Below, in pieces: positions 8,160 through 16,767 of a stretch of DNA of 64,000 nucleotides (within the stretch, counting starts at the first letter, position 1; each line of letters begins with the position of its first letter). A program made the translations under genes and the position numbers. The DNA comes from an uncultured Verrucomicrobiota bacterium (GTDB lineage Bacteria > Verrucomicrobiota > Kiritimatiellia > PWTM01): NCBI GenBank assembly GCA_964402695.1, contig CAYODK010000003.1, positions 22,697 through 86,696 of the forward strand. Direction: 5' to 3'. A model generated the notes under the pieces. That model was not told the origin of the DNA, did no database searches, and saw only the letters and a program-made list of their open reading frames with translations.

Positions 8160-10733
8160 ATGGCGCCCATGAAGACCCTCCCCCCCCTCCCGTCCCTCCC
8201 GTCCCTCGCCGCGGCGATCGCGGCCTGCGGACTTGCGCTCGCGCCCGGCGCCGCTTCTGCGGACCGATCGGTCGTACCGCTCGACGGACCCTGGCAGATC
8301 GCGGAGGGCGGGATGGATGCGCCGCCCGCGGCCTACGCCGCCACGGCGCCGGTGCCGGGGCTCGCGGACATGGCCACCCCCGCGTTCGACTCCCCCGGTT
8401 CGACCGTGTCGGCGGAGGACCGCGGCAAGCCGTGGTTGCGCCCGGCCGACCCGCGACGCGAAGCGTTCTGGTACCGGCGCACGTTCCGCCTGGACGGCGA
8501 CGTGCCCGCCGTCGCGCTCTTGAAGGTGAACAAGGCGCGGTACGGGACGAAGGTCTTCGTCAACGGCGCGCCCGTCGGCGAGCACGCGCCGAACTTCACG
8601 CCCGGCTGGTTCGACGTCCGCGCGATGCTGAAGGGCGGCGGGGCGGAGAACGAGGTTGTGATCCGCGTCGGCGCGTCGCTCGCGCAGGTGCCGCCGCACC
8701 TGACCGACGGCTGGGACAACGAGAAGAGCCGCTACATCCCCGGCATCTACGACTCGGTCTCGCTGGTCCTCTGCGGCACGCCGCATGTCGTGAACGTGCA
8801 GGCGGCGCCCGACGTGCCCGGCCGCGCCGTGCGGGCGGCGGTGGAGATCGCCAACGCCGGGGCGGCAGGGGCGCCCGTCGACCTCAAGGCCGTGGTCCGC
8901 GAGGCGAAGTCCGGCCGCGAGGCCGGCTCGGTCCGGCTGACCGTCCCCGCGCCCCGTTTCGGCACGACGAACGCCGTCGACGTGACCGTGCCGATCCGCG
9001 CCGCGCACCCGTGGACGCCGGAGGATCCGTTCCTCTACACGCTGGAGATCGACACGGGGGCCGACACCGCGACGGTGCGGTTCGGCCTGCGTTCGTTCGC
9101 CTCCGACCCCGCCTCCGGCCGCTTCCTGCTCAACGGGACGCCCTGCTACCTGCGCGGATCGAACGTCTGCATCTACCGCTTCTTCGAGGACGCCGAGCGC
9201 GGCGCGCTTCCGTGGGACCGCGAGTGGGTGCGCACGCTGCACCGCCGTTTCCGCGACATGCACTGGAACAGCCTCCGCTACTGCATCGGGTTCCCGCCCG
9301 AGGCGTGGTACGAGATCGCGGACGAGGAGGGCATCCTGATCCAGGACGAGTTCCCGATCTGGTACAGCCGCGCGAAGGACGGCTGGCCCGAGGCGATCAC
9401 GCCCGACCACCTCGCCGTCGAATACACGGAGTGGATGCGCGAGCGGTGGAACCATCCCTGCGTCGTCCTCTGGGACGCGCAGAACGAGACCGCCAACGAC
9501 CGCGTCACCGCCGCCGCGCTGCAGGCCGTGCGCGGGCTCGACCGGTCGAACCGCCCGTGGGACAACGGCTGGGGCGCGCCGCAGCGGCCCGGCGACGTGT
9601 CCGAGGCGCATCCCTACCGCTCCAGCCGGCCCGGCTTCAGCCTCGCGCGCCTCGGCGCCGAGACCGGCATCCCCGACAACGGTCCGCGCCGCAACACCGC
9701 CGCGCCGCCCTACCTGATCAACGAGTACGCCTGGCTCTGGATCAACCGGGACGGCTCGCTGCCGACGCTGACGGTCGAGGTCTACAAGCGCCTGCTCGGG
9801 GAGGACGCAGCGCCGGAGGCCCGCTTCGCCCTCTACGCCCGGCTGCTCGCCGCCAAGACCGAGTTCTGGCGCGCGCGCCGCCGGTGCGCGGGCGTCCTGC
9901 ACTTCTGCGGGCTCGGGTACTCGCGCGCCGACGGCCAGACCAGCGACAACTTCCGCGACGTGCGGGCGCTGGTCTACGAGCCGCACTTCTACGAGCATGT
10001 CCGCGACGCGTTCGCGCCGGTGGGCGTCGCGATCGATTGGTGGGCGGAGCGAGCCGCGCCGGGCGAGACGCTGCGCGTCCCGGTGCGCGTGATCAACGAT
10101 CCCGACGCGCCGTGGAAGGGCGAGGTCACGCTCCGCCTCGAGCGCGACGGCGCGCCGCCGGTCGAGCGACGGAGGCCCGCCGAGGCCGCGCCGCTCGGCA
10201 CGGCCGACGTGGTCTTCGAAATGCCGATGCCCGCGGAGCCGTGCGCCGCGCGGCTGGTCGCGTCGATCCCCGGCGCGGACGGGACGCCGGTGCGAAGCCT
10301 GCGCGACGTCCGCGTGGCCCCCCTCCCGGTCAATCTCGCGGCGGGCCGCCCCGCCACCGCGTCGACCGAGATCCGCAACAACCTCGGGTTCTTCCCCGCC
10401 GCGCTGGCGGTCGACGGCGACCCCGGCACGCGGTGGTCCTCGGTCTTCACCAACCGGCAGTGGCTCGCGGTCAACCTCGGCGGACCGCGCCGCATCGGCG
10501 GCGCGCGCATCGCGTGGGAGGCGGCGCACGGCCGCGTCTACGCGGTCGAGGTCTCCGCCGACGGCGCGTCGTGGAAGGAGGTCTGGACCACGGACAAGGG
10601 CCGCGGCGGCGAGGACGACATCCGCTTCCCGCCTGTCGAGGCCCGCCACGTGCGCCTGCGCTGCGACACGCGCGCCACGCCGCACGGGTTCTCGGTGTGG
10701 GAGTTCGAGGTCTTCGACGCGCCGGAGAAGTGA
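8160..10733 (+). CDS. glycoside hydrolase family 2-like enzyme with C-terminal F5/8 type C (CBM32-like) domain
   Basis: Start at Met103 of track ORF 7854..10733. Signal MAPMKTLPPLPSLPSLAAAIAACGLALA. GH2 sugar-binding-like FWYRRTFRLDGDVPAVALLKVNKARYGTKVFVNGAPVGEH. WDAQNE acid/base-like motif. Discoidin-like C-terminus (GTRWSS...WLAVNLG...HGFSVWEFEVF). Confidence 0.75.
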   Translation: MAPMKTLPPLPSLPSLAAAIAACGLALAPGAASADRSVVPLDGPWQIAEGGMDAPPAAYAATAPVPGLADMATPAFDSPGSTVSAEDRGKPWLRPADPRREAFWYRRTFRLDGDVPAVALLKVNKARYGTKVFVNGAPVGEHAPNFTPGWFDVRAMLKGGGAENEVVIRVGASLAQVPPHLTDGWDNEKSRYIPGIYDSVSLVLCGTPHVVNVQAAPDVPGRAVRAAVEIANAGAAGAPVDLKAVVREAKSGREAGSVRLTVPAPRFGTTNAVDVTVPIRAAHPWTPEDPFLYTLEIDTGADTATVRFGLRSFASDPASGRFLLNGTPCYLRGSNVCIYRFFEDAERGALPWDREWVRTLHRRFRDMHWNSLRYCIGFPPEAWYEIADEEGILIQDEFPIWYSRAKDGWPEAITPDHLAVEYTEWMRERWNHPCVVLWDAQNETANDRVTAAALQAVRGLDRSNRPWDNGWGAPQRPGDVSEAHPYRSSRPGFSLARLGAETGIPDNGPRRNTAAPPYLINEYAWLWINRDGSLPTLTVEVYKRLLGEDAAPEARFALYARLLAAKTEFWRARRRCAGVLHFCGLGYSRADGQTSDNFRDVRALVYEPHFYEHVRDAFAPVGVAIDWWAERAAPGETLRVPVRVINDPDAPWKGEVTLRLERDGAPPVERRRPAEAAPLGTADVVFEMPMPAEPCAARLVASIPGADGTPVRSLRDVRVAPLPVNLAAGRPATASTEIRNNLGFFPAALAVDGDPGTRWSSVFTNRQWLAVNLGGPRRIGGARIAWEAAHGRVYAVEVSADGASWKEVWTTDKGRGGEDDIRFPPVEARHVRLRCDTRATPHGFSVWEFEVFDAPEK

Positions 10734-10750
10734 GGGGCGCCGGCGCCCGA

Positions 10751-11464
10751 TCAGCCGCCGGCCTTGGCGCGCGCGGCGTCGAGCATGGCCATCCACTTGC
10801 CCATGTAGGCGCCGTGGTCGTGGAACGTGCGGCCGCTGACGAGGTTTCCGTCGACCACGCAGGGCTCATTGACGAAGATGCCGCCGCAGACCTCGAGGTC
10901 GAACTGGCACTTGGCGACCGTCGCCATGCGCCGGTCCTTCACGCAGCCGGCGCGGGCGGGCACCTCGACGCCGTGGCAGACGCTGGCGACCGGCTTGTTC
11001 GTCTCGAAGAAGTGCCGCGTGACGCGGATCAGGTCCGGGTTGTCGCGGATGTACTCCGGGGCGCGACCGCCGCTGAAGAAGATGCCGAGGTACTCCTCCG
11101 GCTTGATGTCGCGGAAGGCGATGCGCGCCTCGATCGTGTAGCCCTCCCACTCGCGCGTGATGTCCCAACCGGGCTTCACCTCGTGCAGGACCATGTTGTA
11201 GCGGCGCTTCTCCGGGCCCGCGACAACCGGCTCGTAGCCGCCCTCGATCAGGCGGAAATAGGGATAGAGCGTGTCGACGGTCTCCGTCGCGTCGCCGACG
11301 ATGATGAGCACCTTGTGCGCCATGGCCGAACCCTCCCGTCGAACCTCGTCCGCCGCGTTGGCGGCCAGCGGGGCCATCGCGAGGACGGCCGCGCCGCCGA
11401 CGATCCGGCGGAACGCCTCGCGCCGCCCGATCGCCTCCGGCCCGTCCTGCGGAACCCGTTGCAT
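10751..11464 (-). CDS. DJ-1/PfpI family protein, Tat signal
   Basis: MQRVPQDGPEAIGRREAFRRIVGGAAVLAMAPLAANA. Nucleophile elbow PVASVCHGV. Confidence 0.8.
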   Translation of the reverse strand: MQRVPQDGPEAIGRREAFRRIVGGAAVLAMAPLAANAADEVRREGSAMAHKVLIIVGDATETVDTLYPYFRLIEGGYEPVVAGPEKRRYNMVLHEVKPGWDITREWEGYTIEARIAFRDIKPEEYLGIFFSGGRAPEYIRDNPDLIRVTRHFFETNKPVASVCHGVEVPARAGCVKDRRMATVAKCQFDLEVCGGIFVNEPCVVDGNLVSGRTFHDHGAYMGKWMAMLDAARAKAGG

Positions 11465-11587
11465 GGCGCCGACGCTAGCCCGCCGGCTCCCGTCGCGTCA
11501 AGGCCGGCCGCAGGTTCCAGGGCTGCCCGCGTGGGCCTTGGAGACGCGGCCCGGCTCCTGTACGCTTCGCGCCGGAGACCCACGTCC

Positions 11588-13159
11588 ATGCACCCAGTGA
11601 GCCGCACGGTCCTTGCCCTGCTGGCCGCCGCCCCCCTCGCCGTCCGTGCGGCGGAGGCGCCGAGGCCGAACATCGTATTCATCATCGCCGACGACATGAC
11701 GCGGGAAATGATGAACTGGACGCCCGAGGGGCGCGGGAAGAACCTGACGCCGAACCTCGACCGCCTCGCCGCCGGGGGCGTGATCCTGGAAGGCCAGCAC
11801 ATCGTGTCGCCGGTCTGCACGCCGAGCCGCTTCAATTGCCTGACCGGCCGCTACGCGAGCCGCGACCGGAGCCCGGAATTCGTTCGCCTGACCGAGCGGG
11901 CCGGCCAGACGATCATCACGTGGAACGCCCACATCCTTCCGAACGATCCGACGCTGCCGAAAAGGCTGCAGAAGGCGGGCTATCGGACCGGCTTCGCCGG
12001 CAAGAACCACACGATGAGCTCGCCGCGCCCGCCGAACGTTGCCCCCGACGCCGACGCCCGGGCGCCGGCTGTGGCCGCGAAGCTCCGCGACTACGGCGCG
12101 GCGATGCGCGAGGCGGTCCGCGCCTGCGGGTTCGACTTCGCCGGGGCCGTCTACGCCGGCAACGCGGAGCAGCACAAACCCGCCGTGTTGCGCGTCCACA
12201 ACATGGACACCATCGCCAAGGCCGGCCTCGACTTCCTCGACGAGGCGAAGGCGGGACCCTTCTTCCTCTACTTCGCCCCGACGCTCTGCCATTCGCCCTA
12301 CACGCCGGAGCAATCCTGGAAGGCGGACCCGCTCGCGACGCCCGAGGGCTTCCTCGACAAGGCCCCCGACGTCCTTCCGCCACGCGCGACGCTGCCGGAG
12401 CGGCTGAAGAAGGCGGGGATCGCCGGCCGCAACAAGGAGATGGTGCTGTGGCTCGACGACGCCGTCGGCGCGCTGCTGGCGCGGCTGGAGACCCACGGCG
12501 TGCTGGACCGGACGATCGTCTTCTTCTTCAACGACAACGGGCAGGAGGGGAAGGGCTCCATCTACCAGTGCGCAACCCACAACCCGTCGATCGTCTGGCG
12601 CAAGGGCGGCTTCCCCTGCGGACGGACCTGCGCCGCGCGCGTGACGAACCTCGACTTCGCGCCGACGATCCTCGACCTCGCCGGCGCGCCCGCGCCTCCG
12701 GACGCCTTCGACGGCGTCAGCTTCCGCGCCGCGCTCGAGGGCGGGCCGTGGAAGGACCGCGACGCCCTCTTTTTCGAACTCGGCTTCACGCGCGGGGTGC
12801 TGATCGGGGACTGGAAGTACATCGCGCTCCGCTACCCGCCGAACCCCGAGACGCTGGTCGACCTCCGGAAACCCGGGGAGTACGGGCCGATTGCGGAGAT
12901 CATCGCCCGAAAGGCCGGTCCGAACCCTCCGCCCTACGGCCACATCGGCGGCAACAACAACGAATTCAAGACGCTGAAGGGACAGGCCGCCTACTTCGAT
13001 GCGGACCAGCTCTACGACCTCGCCGCCGACCCGGGCGAGCAGGTGAACCTCGCGGGCAGGCCCGAGCACGCGGCGAAACTGGCGGCGATGAAGGCCGCGC
13101 TGCGGGCGCACCTCGAACGGATGCCGGGCGGCTTCGCCGATCTCAAGCCGGCCCGGTGA
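11588..13159 (+). CDS. sulfatase (formylglycine-dependent)
   Basis: 523 aa, counted back from the stop. Signal MHPVSRTVLALLAAAPLAVRAAEA. PNIVFIIADD. CTPSRFNCLTGRY (C-x-P-S-R). Confidence 0.9.
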   Translation: MHPVSRTVLALLAAAPLAVRAAEAPRPNIVFIIADDMTREMMNWTPEGRGKNLTPNLDRLAAGGVILEGQHIVSPVCTPSRFNCLTGRYASRDRSPEFVRLTERAGQTIITWNAHILPNDPTLPKRLQKAGYRTGFAGKNHTMSSPRPPNVAPDADARAPAVAAKLRDYGAAMREAVRACGFDFAGAVYAGNAEQHKPAVLRVHNMDTIAKAGLDFLDEAKAGPFFLYFAPTLCHSPYTPEQSWKADPLATPEGFLDKAPDVLPPRATLPERLKKAGIAGRNKEMVLWLDDAVGALLARLETHGVLDRTIVFFFNDNGQEGKGSIYQCATHNPSIVWRKGGFPCGRTCAARVTNLDFAPTILDLAGAPAPPDAFDGVSFRAALEGGPWKDRDALFFELGFTRGVLIGDWKYIALRYPPNPETLVDLRKPGEYGPIAEIIARKAGPNPPPYGHIGGNNNEFKTLKGQAAYFDADQLYDLAADPGEQVNLAGRPEHAAKLAAMKAALRAHLERMPGGFADLKPAR

Positions 13160-13181
13160 GCCGCCGGCGGCGGGGCGCGGG

Positions 13182-14516
13182 TCAACGACGCAGCCGGATC
13201 CGCGGACCGGAATCCGGCGCAGACGCGGGAGCGTCGGATTCCGGCGTGCCGGGCACGGGGACCAGGACGCCGGAGGTGAGTTGCTCCCGCATCTGGATGT
13301 AACGATCGTTCATGTCGCGGTAGGACTGGACGATCTCGGCGTGGGTGCGCTCGAGATCCTGCAGGCGTCGCCGGACGGTGTCCACGGCGGACTTCTCGCG
13401 GCGCGCCTGGTCCTCCGCGAGGCGGACGCGGGTGTCGCTGTCGGCCCGGATCGTCGCGAGTTCCTCCTGCGCCTGGCGCAGCTCCTCGTTCTTGTCCGCG
13501 AGCTGCCGGGTCAGGACATCGTAATTGACCATCAGGTCGCGATAGGCCCGGAGCAGGTTCGCATCCTCCGTGGCGGCGGCGGGGCCGCCGGTGCGCGGCT
13601 CCTTCTGCAGGGCCTCGATCTCCCGGCGCAACCGCTCGATCTCGGCGGACGAGGCCAGCTGGTCTTCCTCGGCGCGGCGGGTGATCTCCGCCAGCCGCTC
13701 CGCCTGGGCGCGGGCCGCGGCGCCTTCCTGCTCCAGGAGGCTCTTCCACTTCGCCGCCTCCCGTTCGTAGCGATCGCGCTCGCGCGCGATCGCCTGCCAC
13801 GTCAGGGTTCGCTCCGGCGGCGCGACGGGCGCGGACGGCTCGGCAATTACCGGCACCGGTTCCGGCGCGGGCGCGGGCTCGATGGTCGGCGGAAGAGGAG
13901 GGGGCTCCGGGGCCGGCGGCGTCACCGGCTCGGGGACGGGCATCGGCTCGGGTGCGGAAGGTTCGGGCTCCGAGGCAGGGGGTTCGGGCGCCGGCTGCGT
14001 CGGCGCGGGCTCCGGCTGCGCGGGTGCCGGCGCGGGAACAGGCGGCTCTGGCTCCGTTTCGGGCACGGCAGGCTCCGGCGCCGTGGATTCGGGTTCGGGG
14101 GGCGGTTCCGGAGCTGCGTCGGACGCGGGAGCGGGCCCGTCGAACGATATCTTCTGCGTGTCGCCCTTCGAGACCGGCTCCTCCGGAGGCGCGGCGGCCT
14201 CGCCCAGGACGAGGATTTCGCCCGTGGACTGGTTCCGCAGGCGCAGCGGCGGCTGGAGCGCACCCTCCGCCAGCATGCCCTCGAACGCCAGCCGGTGCGC
14301 GGGACCGTAGGAGAGCCCCTCCTCCAGCTCGAGCAGCCAGTCCATCTCCAGGGCCCCGACCTCGAACGACGCGCGCCACTCCTGCTGGTCCGTGGAGAGG
14401 TAGTCCTCCGGCGCGACGCGGCCGTCCGCCGCCCACGCCTGGAGCGTCGGCAGGTCCACGGGGCCGTAGACGCCCCCCGCCTCCTTCCGCAGATACCAGC
14501 CCACGGGTTCGCTCAT
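13182..14516 (-). CDS. proline-rich coiled-coil protein with two N-terminal GYF-like (DUF4339-type) modules
   Basis: WYLRKEAGGVYGPVDLPTLQAWAADGRVAPEDYLSTDQQEWR plus a second similar module. ~90-aa PEP/PAP-rich linker. Heptad-rich C-terminus. Same strand as the upstream LysM gene. Confidence 0.6.
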   Translation of the reverse strand: MSEPVGWYLRKEAGGVYGPVDLPTLQAWAADGRVAPEDYLSTDQQEWRASFEVGALEMDWLLELEEGLSYGPAHRLAFEGMLAEGALQPPLRLRNQSTGEILVLGEAAAPPEEPVSKGDTQKISFDGPAPASDAAPEPPPEPESTAPEPAVPETEPEPPVPAPAPAQPEPAPTQPAPEPPASEPEPSAPEPMPVPEPVTPPAPEPPPLPPTIEPAPAPEPVPVIAEPSAPVAPPERTLTWQAIARERDRYEREAAKWKSLLEQEGAAARAQAERLAEITRRAEEDQLASSAEIERLRREIEALQKEPRTGGPAAATEDANLLRAYRDLMVNYDVLTRQLADKNEELRQAQEELATIRADSDTRVRLAEDQARREKSAVDTVRRRLQDLERTHAEIVQSYRDMNDRYIQMREQLTSGVLVPVPGTPESDAPASAPDSGPRIRLRR

Positions 14517-14529
14517 GGATGCGACGCCT

Positions 14530-15129
14530 TCACTTCTCGGGGATGAAGAGCTTCTGGCCCGCCCGCACCTTCGACGGGTCGCTGATCCCGTTCTCCTGGG
14601 CGATGACCGCCTGCGTGACGCCGTAGGCGGCCGCGATGGCCGACAACGTCTCGCCGGGCTTCACCACGTGCTCGTAGCCGGTCGCGCTCGAGGAACGGCG
14701 GACGGGAGTCGTGGATCGCGTCGCCCCGGACGACGAGCCGCCGGAGCTCTTCTTGAGCATGTCCGCAACCCGGCGGCTGATGTCGTCGACGATCGCCTGC
14801 CGGTCGCTCTCCCGCGCCGTCTCCAGCTGCCGGACGCGCGTGCCCAGTTCCTGCACCTGTCCCTGCACGAGGCGGCCCTGGCTTTCGCCCGCCGTCGACG
14901 CCAGCCGGCGGACGGCCTCGTTGTCCGCGGCGAGCCGCTGCGTCTCCATCTCCAGGCCCTCGATGCGGCCCGACAGGCGCTGGATCTGCTCCTGAAGCGC
15001 GCGGACGTCCTCCTGCTGCCGGACCTGCTGCGCGTTCATGTCCTCGAAATACGTGGCGCACCCCGGGCCCGCCGCGAGTGCGAGCGCCGCGAGGGCGAGG
15101 GGCGCCCCGGCATGAAGAATACGGATCAT
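14530..15129 (-). CDS. LysM peptidoglycan-binding protein with coiled-coil
   Basis: Signal MIRILHAGAPLALAALALAAGPGCA. C-terminal LysM YEHVVKPGETLSAIAAAYGVTQAVIAQENGISDPSKVRAGQKLFIP. Confidence 0.75.
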   Translation of the reverse strand: MIRILHAGAPLALAALALAAGPGCATYFEDMNAQQVRQQEDVRALQEQIQRLSGRIEGLEMETQRLAADNEAVRRLASTAGESQGRLVQGQVQELGTRVRQLETARESDRQAIVDDISRRVADMLKKSSGGSSSGATRSTTPVRRSSSATGYEHVVKPGETLSAIAAAYGVTQAVIAQENGISDPSKVRAGQKLFIPEK

Positions 15130-15164
15130 GGGGCCACCCTAGCGGACGACGGGGGCAATTCAAG

Positions 15165-15242
15165 CGGATTCAACATCCAACACCCAACATCCAACATCGA
15201 AGCCGGTGCAACCTGAAACTTGGAACTTGGAACTTGAAACTC
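15165..15242. repeat. Composite heptamer element in a divergent promoter region: (CAACANC)x4 then GAAACTT/GGAACTT x4
   Basis: caacatc caacacc caacatc caacatc gaagccggtgcaacct gaaactt ggaactt ggaactt gaaactc. The reverse complement is the (GTTNCAA)n(TTGGNTG)n element oriented toward the LysM gene start ~45 bp away. Contains GGAAC/TGAAAC words. Confidence 0.7.
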
Positions 15243-15283
15243 CCGGATGCCATGATGCGCGACACTCTGCACGGGAGACGGAC

Positions 15284-16651
15284 ATGCGACGGTGGGCGGT
15301 TCTTGCGGCGGGGCTGGCGGCGTGGGTCGGCATCTCGGGCGCGGCGGAGCCGCGGCCGAACGTGGTCGTGATCATGACCGACGACCAGGGCACGATCGAC
15401 GCGCATTGCTGTGGCGCGGCGGATCTCGAAACGCCGGCGATCGACCGGCTCGCCCGGGAGGGGGTCCGGTTCACGCAGTTCTACTCCGCCGCCCCCGTCT
15501 GCTCGCCGTCGCGCGCCGGTCTGCTGACCGGCCGCTACCCTCCCCGCGCCGGCGTGCCGAACAACGCGCCGTCGGAATCCGGCAGGGCCGGCATGCCGCC
15601 ATCCGAGGTCACGATGGCCGAGATGTTCAAGGCCGCCGGCTACGCGACCGCTCACATCGGCAAGTGGCACCTCGGCTACTCGCCGGAGACGATGCCGAAC
15701 GCGCAGGGCTTCGACCTCTCGTTCGGCCACATGGGCGGCTGCATCGACAACTACTCGCACTTCTTCTACTGGCAGGGTCCGAACCGCCATGACCTGCACC
15801 GCGACGGCGTCGAGATCCACCGTCCCGGCCGCTTCTTCCCGGACCTGATGGTCGGGGAGGCCTCGGCGTTCCTCCGCGCGAACCGTGCCCGCCCCTTCTT
15901 CGTCTACTTCGCGCTCAACCTGCCGCACTACCCGTACCAGGGCGACGAGAAGTGGCTGAAGCGCTACGCGTCGCTGCCGCACCCGAGGAACCTCTACGCG
16001 GCCTTCGTCTCGACGCTCGACGAGCGCGTCGGGCGGCTGCTCGACGAACTCGATGCCCTCGGCCTCGCGTCGAACACGGTCGTCGTCTACCAGTCCGACA
16101 ACGGCCACTCGACCGAGGAGCGCGCGCACTTCGGCGGCGGATCGGCCGGCGAGTACCGCGGCGCCAAGTTCAGCCTGTTCGAGGGCGGCATCCGCGTCCC
16201 GGCGATCGTCCGCTGGCCCGGCCGCATCCCCGCCGGCGCGACACGCGACCAGGTCGGCCACGGCTGCGACTGGCTGCCGACGCTCGCGGAGTTGTGCGGC
16301 GTGAAACCGCCGGAGGCCGCGCTCGACGGGCGCAGCCTCGTCCCGGTGATCCGCGACGCCTCGGCGCCGACGCCGCACGACGTGCTGCACTGGCAGGTCG
16401 GCGGGCCGTGGGCCGTGCGCGAGGGCGACTGGAAGCTGCTCGGCCAGCCGCAGGACACGGGCGTCCGCCCGGCGGAGAAGCTGCCGAAGCTGTTCCTCGT
16501 CAACCTGCGCGACGACCCGCGCGAGCGGACCAACCTCGCCGACCGCGAGCCCGCGCGCGTGCAGCGCATGAAGGCGCTCCACGAGGCGTGGGTGGAAGAC
16601 ATCGGACGTCAACAACCAACATCCAACAGCCAACAACCAACAACCAAGTAG
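15284..16651 (+). CDS. sulfatase
   Basis: Start at Met27 of track ORF 15206..16651. Signal MRRWAVLAAGLAAWVGISGAAEP. PNVVVIMTDDQG. CSPSRAGLLTGRY. The last ~13 codons (QQPTSNSQQPTTK) are a translation of the heptamer repeat. Confidence 0.9.
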   Translation: MRRWAVLAAGLAAWVGISGAAEPRPNVVVIMTDDQGTIDAHCCGAADLETPAIDRLAREGVRFTQFYSAAPVCSPSRAGLLTGRYPPRAGVPNNAPSESGRAGMPPSEVTMAEMFKAAGYATAHIGKWHLGYSPETMPNAQGFDLSFGHMGGCIDNYSHFFYWQGPNRHDLHRDGVEIHRPGRFFPDLMVGEASAFLRANRARPFFVYFALNLPHYPYQGDEKWLKRYASLPHPRNLYAAFVSTLDERVGRLLDELDALGLASNTVVVYQSDNGHSTEERAHFGGGSAGEYRGAKFSLFEGGIRVPAIVRWPGRIPAGATRDQVGHGCDWLPTLAELCGVKPPEAALDGRSLVPVIRDASAPTPHDVLHWQVGGPWAVREGDWKLLGQPQDTGVRPAEKLPKLFLVNLRDDPRERTNLADREPARVQRMKALHEAWVEDIGRQQPTSNSQQPTTK

Positions 16652-16723
16652 CGAACGGGAGGACGTGCCCGCTTCGTTGGGTGTTGGGTGTTGGGTGTTG
16701 GTTGTTGGGCGTTGGCTGTTGAG
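16609..16723. repeat. Inverted pair of heptamer arrays, (CAACANC)x6 ... (TTGGNTG)x7 with ~28-nt spacer; potential long hairpin
   Basis: caacaac caacatc caacagc caacaac caacaac caagtag ... ttgggtg ttgggtg ttgggtg ttggttg ttgggcg ttggctg ttgagc read directly. Confidence 0.7.
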
Positions 16724-16767
16724 CTTCCCCGTGCCATGATGCCCGGCAACCTGCAGGGAGACGCATC

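Noticed and set aside
7235-13159. 1974-aa ORF on + strand (and similar giants 1073..5314, 35018..38701 N-terminal part, 25032..28319 N-terminal part, 16609..19116 minus)
   Set aside because: Open frames this long are expected by chance at ~70% GC. They overlap well-supported genes on both strands and have no signal peptides or motifs. Only the sub-regions with family signatures were annotated, from internal start codons.
13281-14546. 421-aa + strand ORF antisense to the coiled-coil/GYF gene
   Set aside because: Arg/Gly-rich junk translation of the antisense of a proline-rich gene. No motifs.
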